Source: Antedon mediterranea (taxonomy: Eukaryota; Animalia; Echinodermata). Taken from it: a DNA stretch of 64,000 nt. Position 1 is the stretch's first letter. Each line of letters begins with the position of its first letter. Positions 1 through 13,725 of the stretch are shown here, one piece after another. A program made the position numbers and the translations under genes. The stretch covers positions 5,952,001 to 6,016,000 of the forward strand of contig NC_092680.1 of assembly GCF_964355755.1 (NCBI RefSeq), read 5' to 3'. Under the pieces are notes generated by a model. The model worked only from the letters and a program-made list of their open reading frames with translations. It was not told where the DNA came from and did not search any database.

Positions 1-539
1 ACCCACTTGACCAACTTCGAATTTTGACTAATTCGCTGTCGGGTCAGGCCTTAGGCATTATGAAGCGAAGATTTTTAAGTAGAAAAAAAATCCACCTAAA
101 AGTTGCTTCTAGATAGGTGATAATTGTAAATGTACAAATATTAAAATATGTAATTATGCTTTTTGTTCTGTTAAATTAACGTCATGGCGCCCCATGTATT
201 TCTTACATTGCATGCTTTGCTGTCTCGCACTTTGACAAACAACACGATGCGATAGTTACTGAACTATATTTTGTTATATATTTTCAAATTATGTGTCATT
301 GCCGGGGACCTAGCAGCTCTAGTTTCGGATCTCCCTATTTTTTTTCAAAATTTTTGCACCCTCCCAGGACAGAAAGCCTACGCCTTTTCATATACTATTA
401 ATATTAACTATAATATATCTATTTCACATTATATTATATATTAGTTTTAGCCGGGTCATTTATTTTCGATTCTTCTTTCGAAACTTTTTTTTACTGAAAT
501 ACTGTATCAGCATGGAGCTATAGCTCCATGGTATCAGCA

Positions 540-685
540 TGCAAAAAGAGCGACATTTATTAAGCCGGCAAAACCCCCAAAACGAGGCAATAGTGACGTC
601 ATCTCGTAAGATGGCCGACCTCTAGCAAAAACGAATGAAACTTGGAAGAGGATAATTTTCTGTGTAATATCGCTTTCCTGAAAAG
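540..685 (+). promoter_or_regulatory. Candidate APBA promoter and non-coding first exon
   Basis: Locally CpG-rich. CRE palindrome TGACGTCA at 594-601, YY1-like AAGATGGCCG at ~608-617, donor-like AAG|GTTTGT at 685/686. The first coding exon (13711) begins at an acceptor, so an upstream exon is required. Confidence 0.45.
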
Positions 686-3074
686 GTTTGTTATGTATGG
701 TCTAATAGATTTGTTGATGTAAAACTTCGTTTATTATATCAATATTAAAAGGACTATTTTTAGCTTGTATTGTCACAAAGAAGGGACTTAAATAGAAGCC
801 TCTTGTAAATTGTGTCGGCCACCGTCAGTCAGACGATCCAAAACCACCCACCGGACGGGGCTGTTCCTGTCGCCTTTTTGTACAGTGGCGAAAGGAAACC
901 CAATCATCCGTCACCATGTGGATTATCACTTTCTTTTTGTGATTCATTTCTTTGACCTCTAAAACAGGGATCGTCCACACGACCTAAGTTTGTTGACTAG
1001 GCCTAGGCCTGGTAGATATTAGTAAAACATGCCTAGCCTGGCCTCTAGGCCCTAGCACATAGAGTTTTACTAGGGTAGGCCTAGGCAACCAACCAACGAA
1101 TTATTTGTTAATTTTAATGTTTACAATATGTGGCTGGTAGCTGTGTTTGTGATGGTTTGAAGTGGTACCTAGTTGTGTTTGTGATGGTTTGTAGTGGTAG
1201 TTGATCATATTGATGAGAAGAAGTAGAGGACCAGGCATAATTTTTCAGTACGACTTGCATTCCCCTCCGCTCCACCTCCTGAAATCGGTCGCAAGGTGTA
1301 ATGAAAGCAACCTAACAGGATGAATGAGCCCAAGTAAAATTGATAAATCCAGTTATTTAACCTAAAACTCTCTAAATATTAAAAAAACAACATTGTATGG
1401 CAGATTTTTGGGGTTCGTAAATGATGGATACCATCACACCATACCATAGTCGAATGGACCATCATCGACCTATTAGTATTGCCCTACAGTAGTTTTATAA
1501 TACAGAAATCTTTAATATTAGTAAATAATGTCTGGTAATTATATGTTGGCTACTGTTTACCGAGTATTTAAACTCTTACCTTGAAACTGATACTATAATT
1601 TCAAATAAATTGACAAGAAATTGTGCGTTCTTTCAAGTGTTTTTGTAATCAAAACTACATCATGCTATGTATTTATTTTTATTAACATTTTTACTGGCAA
1701 GAAGTAGTAGTAACTATTATAAATCCAAAAGCAAATTACTGAAAAATGACAATGCTGGATAGTGGCTGGATCTCAATAGAGATACAAAATAAAATAAGCA
1801 AAAAGCTAAATCAAAACTATAAAGTAAAACAGCCAGGATAAGCAGAGCTTTCAAACAACACTTAGTCCTTCATCAGTTCAAGTAACTTTATTATAATAAA
1901 TATTTTTTATTTTAAAAATTTTAACAATTAACATTAATTAACAGGTTGAAATAATTCTAGGGCTATAGGTAAGGAAGGGATTCGTAAGGAAACTGAGAAA
2001 AGAGTCTTCTACAGTGAGATGTTTATAAATAAAATTGCCATTCTTGGGTTTTGAACCCAGGTCGTCAATGACATGCAAAAAAACAGACCATTGCCAACTC
2101 AGCCGATCTGTAGCCACTATTGAAAATTACTTATTACAAAACACTCAAGTTACTGCTTAAATGTTTCATTGGCTGAATAAATAATTATTTGACAATATAT
2201 GAATTATGAAATGTTGCATAACCTTTAATCAAGAGTCTTAATTATGTTGATGACATTATTACAAAGAATGGATTATGTTTTGGTTTAGAATGGAATTTGT
2301 TAAATGAACTGTATGAATGGCATGTAATTGGGTGAAAATTAAGAAAAATCATTAGGGAAATCAGTAAAGAAAAAAGCAAAACTTACTGTACATTAAAATT
2401 CATCAGAAGTAATCCTGTGTAGTCATAGATCGATATATTTATGGTAATTTTATAAATTAGCCTACTTAGTAAAGTATCTATGACCAATGATATTCCTTGT
2501 TTGGAAAATACAATACACACTGTACAGTAAAATGCACATACTACTAATACTACATTAAAGCAGAAAAAATAAAAATAAGAAAATTGCGCTATTTTTTGGT
2601 TAAAACAAATAGTGTTTTTATTTAGTGATGATCACAGTCGGTAAAATGTTCTGAGGTTTGTAAATGGCAACTTGAATTTTTAAAAAGAGGAAAAATCAAT
2701 GCGTTTTAATATCGAGATAAAAAGACCTGTACAGAAGGAGAGATCAGTACATGCACACAATTAAAAAAAAATCTGACAAGGCCACCACTAAAATTCTGTA
2801 CTGCAAACCATGTAAAAGTCTAATTAATTATGTTTGTTTTTTTATATAAAAAAGGTTGTCAATGTCACATGTTTTTTCTGTCCAATGAAGATTATTGTAC
2901 TGAAACTAAAATGTCATATCCACTTTTTCATAATAGTACTATACTAACCATCAGTGCTATTCTAATCTACTATTGTTTAATTAAATTGTAAAGTGCTACA
3001 TAGCATCTAGATGTGACAGTTAAATAGTACCTCCTTAAGTTAATCAAACTGTTTAAATTGTGTTGGGACCATAT

Positions 3075-3440
3075 TTAGTGAGGGTGATTCATCCAGCTAT
3101 TGCTGATCATTAGGGACCCTCAGAGGTTCACGAGACAAACATATACACAAGATGCTCTACATACGTTGTTGTTGTTAACGTTTTCCGTCTTCCGACATTA
3201 CGCTTTCCACAATTTGTTTCCATTTTTTTCTGTTTATGGCAGGATGGTTTGTTATTGTGTTAGTGTCTACTTGTCCTTGTAAGTCTTTCTTTATGCTCTA
3301 CATAAACTAAGTCTTATTACAATTCTTTGGGAGTGGAGTTGTAATTTTGTCCTTCGAATAAAAAATCCTGACATTGATGGGACTTGAACCTAGGACTCTT
3401 AAAGTAGTAGCCAAGCATCATAACCACCAAGCCACAACTC
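3075..3440 (-). mobile_element. tRNA-headed SINE family B, copy 1 (with internal insertion ~3163-3300)
   Basis: Near-identical to 39885-40101; the minus strand reads GTGGCTTGGTGGTTATGATGCTTGGCTAC..GGTTCAAGTCCC. Confidence 0.7.
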
Positions 3441-5037
3441 ACTCTTAATCATTTTAGATTTTAATTAAAAAGCCTTTCTATTATTTTCTTAGTTAATTAG
3501 ACAGTTTGCATTCTGTGTGCTGCTATTTGTAACATGACTTTACACTACAGCCATGTTTAATGCAATTTGTAACAACCCATCAATCATTCTCAGAATCCCT
3601 AATTTTATGAATTCTCTTAATTTCAATGAATAATCACAGATATCAAATACAGGGGATTTTACTAGAAAAAATATTAACCGGATTTTTCTCATTGATTTTT
3701 TTGTTACATGAATAATTTTATACAGTTCCCTTTGGATTTTGCATTGATACTACTACTATTCTTGTGTGATTTCATAGTTTAGTAGGTTTCTGTAGTAAAC
3801 CAGTCGTAGGAGGTTGCTTATTTTGTAAATTTGTCATAACAATAACATTCTGAAAGATTCTTTTGTAGTTGACATTTAATTCAGGAGTTTCCTCTTTGAT
3901 AACACAGTGCATCACAGTCATGTCAGTTGGTTGAATAATGGTTTAAAAATTGATTGATTACTAATAGTTAAATAATTATTGATAAAAAAGGCTGTTAAAA
4001 GTGTTATTGAGTTCAGTTCATGATTCTAAATAAACGATATTAAGTCGGAAATGACACTAGCAGACTTTATTCTCAAACTTGGTGGAAGTGCTTTAGTACA
4101 TTTTCATGTATGTATATATATATTTACACTGTTACTTATTACAGTAACATTTTTTAGTATATAACCCCTAATTTCGTCTAAATACGGACAGTGAGATTTT
4201 GGTAAATTATATTTTAACCAAAGTATAATCCCCAATTCCTAATTTCCACAAATTTCATACCCAGGTCCCATGGGACTATACTAGGTCATCTGAAATCAAT
4301 ATTTTAACATTCAAATGAACAGGTTTTTTTTTTCATTTCTTGATAGTGCAGACAGTATAATAAATAGTGTTCATTTTCTTTGTACTATAGATTCAAATTT
4401 TGTGGATAGGATAAGTTTTAATTTACAGGAAATGCTGATGTGGAAAGAATCCATATTTTATCTGAGACATACAGTATACTATATAGTAAGCATGTTAAAT
4501 CATGGACTCTACAGGATTACAAGACAAGCATTTGTGTATACTGTAGTTAGTTCATAATTCTTAACGGTATTTATTTATTACTCTACATTGTAATAGAAGA
4601 TTCTTTTTGGAAGTCAATATTATTATAACTTTTGAATGAACTTTATATTGTGGCCCAGTTCACTATTCTTCAATCAGTTTCAGCAACATAATTTCACATT
4701 TCCTATGTTATTTTATGGAATATGCTCACAGAGTCACAGTTTTATTATTTTCATTGGCAAACTTTAGCACGCTGTATTGTATGGCTTTACATAAAGGGAT
4801 CTTTATTTTCATCATCTTTTGTGATGGAATGAATTTTGACCTTGTTCTGTCAGTGCCATTCATGTATTATTAGTGTTAATGCTTTAGGCTTCGTTCAGAC
4901 GCTCTGAATTACTTTTTGTAATTTACCGCAAGGTGTACTGTACAGTATAGACGTATATGTCTTTAAAAGTCAAAGATTGTATGATAAAACTTTCTTATAA
5001 TATGAATGGAAAGTTCTTTATATATAATTGTTGTTAA

Positions 5038-5338
5038 AGCCTGGTTTCTATAAAATCGCTACATCGTCGCTACAGCGTTTCCATTAAAATTGGTATATGC
5101 GCAGATGTCGCCGACGCAATCGGGAAGGCTCCCCGATTCATCGCAGTCAAATCGGCAAAGTTCAACCATGTTCAACTTTGCCAATTTTGTCGGAGATGAA
5201 TCGTATACGCGTGTACCAAAGAATATTTAGCCCTCGCGTACTAGATCCCTGATAAATTCTAGCGTTTCCATAGAATCGCTACGCTCTGTCAAATTCTAGC
5301 GTTTCCATGTCATGTAGCGATTTTATGGAAACCAGGCT
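5038..5338. mobile_element. PIF/Harbinger-type MITE
   Basis: TIRs AGCCTGGTTTCTATAAAATCGCTACAT / ATGTAGCGATTTTATGGAAACCAGGCT, flanked by TAA/TTA. Confidence 0.8.
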
Positions 5339-7272
5339 TTAGTCTACTGGCTGGCATAGATGTGTTATAATGTCCTCTCCTTCTTGTGTTATGAGCTCCG
5401 CAAGGTTTAGCTGTCATAAATGCTGTATTTAGGGCCGCCTTAATCCTGGTTTAGACAGAGATATTGTACCTGTCTGTATACAGTACAGTAAATGAGACAT
5501 ACTACAGTATGTATGACTTGTCATAAAGGATTGCGGACACTGTACAGTAAAGTTCTGTCCACACCATCAAACTTTTGACAACAAATGTGTGATGTGCCCA
5601 AATATGGTAGTGATATGCCCAAATATGGTAGTGATATAACATCATTTCCATATGAGCACATCATTTTTTTGTCATCATAAACGTTTTATAATGTAGACAG
5701 AGCCTTAGATGTTGGCAAGTTGTTGCTGTGCATCCCCATTTAAATAAATAAAAATATTATGAACTCTAATGACATTCTAACATAAACTATCCTTACCTTG
5801 TCATTAGGTCATTGTCAGAGTTTTTGCCGAAAGTCACAGCGGTCATCAATAAATTTATTTTCTATATACTAGATAGCAGGCACATTTAGAAAAATTATTA
5901 CTGTGTAATGTATTTTCGTCAAATTTAAAAACATGTGATTCGTTGTTAAAATCTTTTTATAGAATTCATACAAAATGTAATTGACTCATTGTAAACTTAA
6001 ATGCCATTATGATGCTTGCTATTATCCATGCACCTGATAAAATATAAATAGAAACATTACCTTAACCTTTGACCCAGCATGTATTATCATTCATTCATTG
6101 TTTATTCATTCACTGATATTCACAGTGGCACTGTGCAATACATACATTGTTTACTGTACAATTGTTAATAAGTGCAAAATCCAATCAGACTAACAGGCGT
6201 TTTTTACAGTGTTGTTATGCTAAAGTTGAATAATTAGTATTCGGTAAGTTTCCTAATTATCCATAACTAATTTATTGCTAATTATTTCATCTAAATGTTA
6301 TTAGATGATTAAAGGGAAAATTATAGAATTTTTATTAATAAATAATTGATTATTCTATTTAAGTCTGCAGATTTGTCAGCATTGCAACTAAAAAATTGCT
6401 ATAAAAACAAAATCTTCATTGCCAGTGAAGTGGCAGTTTTTTGCGTACAATACAGTTTAGAAAATGTAGACACTGAGTTATAAAAAAATAACAAAACATT
6501 AACAATAACAAGGAGGAGGGAGTTCAATCTCCATCAGAGATAAAAATTTGATTCAGAATCGTGATCCGGATCATGTTATTTAAAATCATAATAGAGTCTA
6601 AGATTATGTAACCTGTTTAATAGTAATACATGCGAAAAATGTGTTCATTTTAAATTGATGAAATGCCTAAAAATGCTCTATTGTTTTAATTCAAAGAATG
6701 TAAAGATGTACAGTATGCATACACAAATTTCCCTACAATGATATTATTACCTGAAGTTTATTAGAACTGAATAGAATATGGTATATTGCTGGTTGTGAGG
6801 AATAAGCTTGTTTTTAGACAAATTTGCAGTATAATCATTTTAACTATATGTTTAGTCCCTCCAAAATTAAACAGTTTTCCATTGAAGGTGGTGAAATTTT
6901 GGTCCCAGTAGTTTTTGACGCAATTTTATTAACATGCACACAGAAAGGTGATTTTATAATCCTTTACCAAGGTAATAAAAGATAGTTAATTATAATTTAT
7001 TTTAATAAAGATATATAAATATAATACAGGTTTGCATGATTTGCAAATGAACATTTATTTATTTATTTTTAAATTATACTGGGCGACCTCTTCAGTCAAA
7101 GGCTGGACTCCCAGTTGGCTCAGTTAATGATCAGTGGCTGCGTCTCGAAAGATCTACTAATGTCTACTAGATGTGTATCAAATTAAATGTACTTATATTA
7201 TATTATAAACTTCCCAAATGCTGTAAATCCATATTATATTATAATAATGGGTACAGAGTCTGTTACTAGTTA

Positions 7273-8098
7273 CCGTATATTTCGGTGTATAAGTCGCACT
7301 TTTGACACGCAAATTTGACCTCTAAATTAAGGGTGCGTCTTATACACCGAACATAAATGCCTCACCACACAGATTGTACTAGCCTAGGCCTACTAGGCAG
7401 GCTAGTTATACTAAATAATTAATATGATGAAAAGATTTGTTCATTATGGCGCTCCGATAAAATTTCATTTGTAAACGTTTACGTACGATTGGAATAGTAT
7501 TTATTTATACAGTATTTATACGCACGATCGCCGTACCCCCAGCGCAAGCCCTTTCTTGGTGGCGGCCACATGGTGTATTTATAGTTGTACGCACGACCGC
7601 CGTACCCCTAGCCTAGCGCAAGCCCTTCTTGGCGGCCACATGGTGTACGGTATTCGACTAGTATATTCTCCAGTTGATTATAGCATGGACCTAGCGTATA
7701 CACTTCTCGGATACATAGATACTAATCGAATACGATTGTCCGTGAAAACGTGCGCCCTCTCGAAATGATCGAGCGAGGCTAGCCCACACACGTACGTGTT
7801 ACACACACGGTCATGCACTCGATGTTGCGGCGAAACTCATGAATAACAAGTTAGAAAGAACATGTTGAGGCTGGGCGCGGCCGAGCCTAGGTATGAAAAA
7901 ACCTAAATAAAGGACGCCGTTGTAGATATAACAAAATATATTATTACAATAATATTGATTACAATTTAAAAAAAACATTGTTTTGATGAAAAATAAGGTG
8001 CGTCTTATACATCGACGATATAAAAAATACCGATATTTTACTCTCAGTTAGGGGGTGCGTCTTATACACAGGTGCGACTTATACACCGAAATATATGG
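7273..8098. mobile_element. Non-autonomous Tc2/pogo-like DNA transposon
   Basis: TA|CCGTATATTTCGGTGTATAAGTCGCAC ... GTGCGACTTATACACCGAAATATATGG|TA. TA duplication, subterminal GTGCGTCTTATACA repeats, internal ~60-bp duplication at 7520-7648. Confidence 0.85.
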
Positions 8099-11018
8099 TA
8101 GTTCATACAGGGAATTGTAACAACTCCCTGGTTCATAGTATGAAATAACATCATCTGTCTGACACGAAGGTCATACCATCGCTTACGGTCTTTAGCTACA
8201 GTACATCTCATAACAACTTATGTCATTCAGTGTTTTAAGGTTTAACATTTCTACTGCTCAGATCTTGAATCTAATAATAGATACTAAATTAAGTTGATGT
8301 CTATCAATGTCCTATCTACATCCTTTAATGTGCAGTTGGATTTTCTCCTATTCTAAGTATGTGACCAAAAATTGACCATCTTAATTTCGCGATTCTTTCA
8401 GAGAGTGGAACAACCTTATATTTTGTATAACTTCTAATAACTCTTGGCCATTTTGATGCCCAAAACTAATCTCAAATGTTTCAAATGTCTCAGATGTAAA
8501 ACACTATATTATTTGAAGTACTGGACTGCTTATTATAGCGCTGTACTTTGTGATAATATTGCTCGCATTTATAAACTCTTCACCATTTCATTTGTCACCT
8601 TGAGTTCAATGTTGTTAAAACTAACCGAATTTGTAATGCATCATCGTACAATGTGTTACACAGGCATGAAGATTAGCCAGCTGAAATAACGAGTGATAAT
8701 TTACTATTTCATTTTAAATAGCTCTTGCGTCATGAACAATTCCTGAACTTAAATCTGTATGTTGAATGTGATTACACATTTAGGTATGATCTCAATGAAA
8801 GCAAGTACTGTTACAATTGTGAAACCCTTCCATTGTATACTGTGTACAGGCTCTCTGAAAAAAAATTGTCCTGTCAATTATATTAAAGGCAAATGACTGT
8901 AAATGATAGCATTGTTAATTTATTACGATTGTGTGTTTGGGGAAAAGGAATAAAAAGAAAATTATGAATTAAATTTTATTATCCGGAAAAACTGTAAAAA
9001 TATTAGCTTTTTTTATACATTTTCAGTTAATGATTGTGATTCATTGAGTATCAGATTGTTTTACATTTTCAAAGAACTTTAAATACGGTACTAACAGTGT
9101 CACAAAAAGGCAGCAGTGTTTACAAAATGTGGTCACAATTACAAAAATTAAAATTGGTTGATAATAATTGACTGAAAATGCCATAGAGTATTATAAAATT
9201 AGGGATGAGCTTCAACAGAATTTAGAATTTGTCTTTCTTGTACTAAAGGCATGTATTTAAGGTAATATAATTGGAAAGCCAGTATTAATTTGCATGGTAA
9301 TTATAGTGTAGAAACTGTGTATTGTTATACATAAATGCAGTGATTTATTGCTAGTGTTGTACTGTATTAGACTTGAGAGTGTTGCTGCTGTTAAAAAAAA
9401 AGAAAACAAATATAATTTGTACCTTCCTCCTTGACAACTAGTTCGCCAAAAATAACTTTTGGGTGTTAAAAAGAATAAGTAATTTTCGAAAAAAAAAAAA
9501 AAAAAAATTGTGATCGGGAAAAATTGAATTTTGTTATCAAGGTCCTTAATCTTTAAACCTAAATATAGATTTTCTTAGGTTTTAAACTAATTTTGCTCTT
9601 TCTGTGTAACTGCATCTACCTCTCTGTGTGTTATCTATACTTTTAGTTTTACTGTACAAAAATGTCAGCGCATACAGTATGGTACGTACTAACTTCTCAA
9701 ACATCTTATCAACTTTATGCTCAAAAAAAATTATGTGATGTGCCCAAATATGGTATTGATATGCCCAAATACGGTAGTGATATGATATCAGATTCATGTC
9801 ATGTCCACATTTGGGCACACAGTTATTTTGTCACATAAAATGTGATACTAGTGTAGACAGAGCTTTAGTTAAAATTGCAATGCAAGGTTTTGTAACAGGT
9901 TGGTGGTTTTTGTTTGTTTAGACAGTGCAATTCCAGTATACTACAGTAGATGTCAGTATGCTACAAATAAGAACCTGTCTTGCTTTCAGAATATTCATGG
10001 TGATAATACATCCATATGAAAGGTTAATATTTCAAAAAGCTGATCCCTAATTTTAACATGTGGTTTTTGCAAACACAATACTAGAAAAATGACACCCCAT
10101 GCTGTATTCTGCTGACATTGTGTCTTATTATTTGGAGTAACCTGTTGTTATTATGCAATGTTAAGGTGAACAGCAATTCAATGCAAATTACTGGTTAAAG
10201 TTCAATTATGTTTGTAAACATGATGATAGCTTTAATATGTATACTATAAGCCAGGACTTAACTCAAGAGTGTTTATATTGCTCTATGTGATATTTCTACA
10301 AACTAAACTGTAGTACTGTAAGTATTACTTATTCTTAAACTAGTTTAAATAATGTCGTAGCAGACTAGGCTATTGAATCAAGACTTGCGCTATATATGAA
10401 AGTGTCTTAAAACCAACCTTTCCATGGCAATGATTGTTATTCATTCATTCATTCTTTTTGTTGATTTAGTCTATGAGATCATACATCAATACAGTACACT
10501 GTTTAAAACATTACAGTACCTGCAAAAGGGATCACTATTTAAAAGAAATTCCTCTTTTATTTTCAATGATAATACCTTGAAGAAATTAAGGTGATTTGGC
10601 ATGGTAAACCCTTTCTCATTGCACAAATCACAGGTAATCCCCATGTCACTGATGATAACAATAGTGATCAGGTCCTTCCTTGGTCAGTCTATTGTACAGT
10701 AGGAATCAATGCGAGAGGTTTACAATAGGCCTACAGTATGTGTGAATAACATTAAATAGCTTTCAGTTTCAATCCATATTAAAATTCATCCATTTATGCT
10801 AGTTCAGACCATTTTATTGCTGGCAGAACAAAACCAAAAAAGAACAAAAATGTACAACAAGCCATAATGATGGATACCTGTACTACTAGTGTTTACAGTA
10901 GACCTAAATGTACAACAAAAGCCATAATGATTGAGATGTAAGCCTACTACTACAGTAGTCTGAATGTGTGCAATTTTCCACCACAAACAATGACCTTTGA
11001 CCTGGCCAGTATTTCAAG

Positions 11019-11746
11019 GTCAAAATCAAGACAATTCCCCCCCCCCCCCCAATTCTGTATCAATCAGAAATATTCTAATAATACAATATCTTTATTTTAA
11101 TTCTGAAATCTTAATCGATATTTTCTCGTCGATTCTTAAATAATTCTAATACAATTGCCTGAGATTCTGTATTCTCATTTTTATTTGTCAAAATCAAGAC
11201 AAATTTACATGATTTTCCCCCGATTCTGTATCAATCAGAAATATTCTAATTAGGAATACAATATCTTTATTTTAATTCTGAAATCTTAATCGATATTTTC
11301 TCGTCGATTGTTAAATAATTCGAATACAATTACCTAAGATTCTGTATTCTCATTTTTATTTGTCAAAATCAAGACAAATTACATGATTTTTGCCCTGATT
11401 CTGTATCAATCAGAAATATTTTAATAGTAATAGTATTAATACAATATCTTTATTTTAATTCTGAAATCTTAATAATCGATATTTTCTCGTCGATTGATAA
11501 ATAATTCTAATACAAATACCTACAGTAAGATTCTGTATTCTCATTTTTATTTGTCAAAATCAACTTTAATTAAGACAAAATTACATAATTTTTTTCCCGA
11601 TTCTGTATAAATCAGAAATATTCTAATAGTAATAACACAATATCTTTATTTTAATTCTAAAATCTTAATCGATATTTTCTCGTCGATTGTTATGTTAAAT
11701 AATTCTAATACAATTACCTAAGATTCTGTATTCTCATTTTATTTGT
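11019..11746. repeat. Tandem repeat, ~170-195 bp x4
   Basis: Units begin GTCAAAATCAA at ~11019, 11186, 11362 and 11553. Confidence 0.9.
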
Positions 11747-13725
11747 TGTTCTTAAATTGTATTTAATGTTGCTATAGTGATAATAAAAATTAACGATCTA
11801 ATAATGTAGTTTTTCATTAGTTTTGATACCAATTTTTATTATGAATTATGTACGTTTTAATATTATTGGAATAATAATCTAGTGTATCATATTGCATTAT
11901 GATTGGCTAATTTGTTATTAAGCTAATGCTATGCTATTAGCAGTCTGTGTAGAAAATCTCATTATCATTAATGGAAATCAATAGAGAAATAAAGAGTCAC
12001 AACACACAACAAATTATCATACTAATTTTCTAAATTTGTTGTATTTTTTTAGAATAGTTTTTCCCAGTGGTCCAAGGGTTTGTTGTTACTAATCTATACC
12101 ACAATTTCTATGGTTGTAAAATTACAGTACACACTATCATTTCAATCAGTACAGTATACAGTATATTTTTATCAGAAAAACTTCTGGTATAATATAATAC
12201 AATGGTCTGATAGTTACATTCAACGTGTACAAATAAAAGAGTTGTGAATACAAGTAAAAGGTGATGCACCTATGCATTACAAGTTGTGGACTATTTATTG
12301 TTTGTCTTTTTTCAGTATCTTGCCTTTGTAACGTCCAGCCCAGTCTTCCGAATCAATTGAGAGTTTAACTATATAATAGATGTATTGTATAAGTTTCTAT
12401 GTTTTTCAAATCAAACAATTTAAATAACTACTATAATTTATTTTAAATACTCAATGGTTAATGTGCTTATTATGTACTATACAGTTGCTGTGTACTGTAT
12501 GTATCAAGATTTGTTGTGTACTAGTTGACAATACACATACTGTAGGTACAGTATGTCTCTCTCAAAGGAAACACAGATTCATGTCAGCCTAATTTTGTAT
12601 AGAAAGGATAGAATCACTTTTTCAGTTTGTGGTCATTGTGTAATGATGTAAATATCAATTATCATCCACAAGGAATACTAGTCCAAAGTTTGCACTGGTC
12701 ATTTGAACAACTGATTTAAGATGAAATTTAAACCATGATACTGTACATTGCAACTAAGTGTTAGTCCACAAACAAATATTTTTATAGATTTTTTTCTTCT
12801 TGTCGTATAGAAAATTGTTCATCGTATGACAATTGTCTCCCCATTCAACCCATAAATATTCATTAGTTGTATTGTATCACTGTTCAATTCTTGTGTTCTT
12901 CACTTGAATATTTCATGACCTTTGTACCAATGCATTCATTTAACAATCTTATTCATTGTTTCTAAATTTGTAATGCAATAGTCCTACCACTAAACCATAG
13001 AGATTTAGTGGTAGGACATAATGTACTAAATAACGGAGTAGAATTATTCCATCAGTATTTGTAAAGTAAATTGTAAAAGAAAATTTGTTTATATTGTGCT
13101 TCATATTTTGTAACAAACCAAATAATGTGTGTATAAAACACACTACAGTATATATAATATTATAATAATAATAATATTTATGCATGGGTTACACTTGGTC
13201 TCCCGTTAGACTGACTTTAATGGTTCATGAGAAATTTTAAAGTGTTTTGAACATCGATATTAATGCTGTGTTTAATGTATTCAGATAATATTGACTTGCA
13301 TAAAGAAAGGCTAGATACTATCAACTTTAGAATTATCTTCATCTAGTGAGTGATTTCTTGTACACTGCCATTCATATGTTTAACAAACAATAACACCTAC
13401 ACTACATCACTGTTGTATTTGACATAAAAGATAGTCCTGAAAGGTTTAGGTAAATGTTTTAGATGTATTGAAAATCAACTTTGATAATAATTATTGCTGA
13501 ATTTTAATTCTTACAAAACAATACAAAAGAACATACCTTCTGTAATGCAGTGATTTCCTTAGCATCCTAACATTAATACATTGATTAAAATTATTGAAAA
13601 CAGCTATGAAGACGGAACAAGTTAAATTATAAATGTTATTCTAATTGTATAATTAGGTTTTGTGTTAAAGAATTTATGTTCTAAATCAAGTTTTTTTATT
13701 TCTTTTGTAGGAGCAGATTTTTAAA

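Noticed and set aside
10991-11003. DR1 nuclear receptor site TGACCTTTGACCT
   Set aside because: Single motif at the edge of a tandem repeat and common in invertebrate repeats; no other support.
3100-13185. Short 60-80 aa ORFs in the first intron (and similar ones elsewhere)
   Set aside because: AT-rich random or repeat-derived; no recognisable motifs or splice support.
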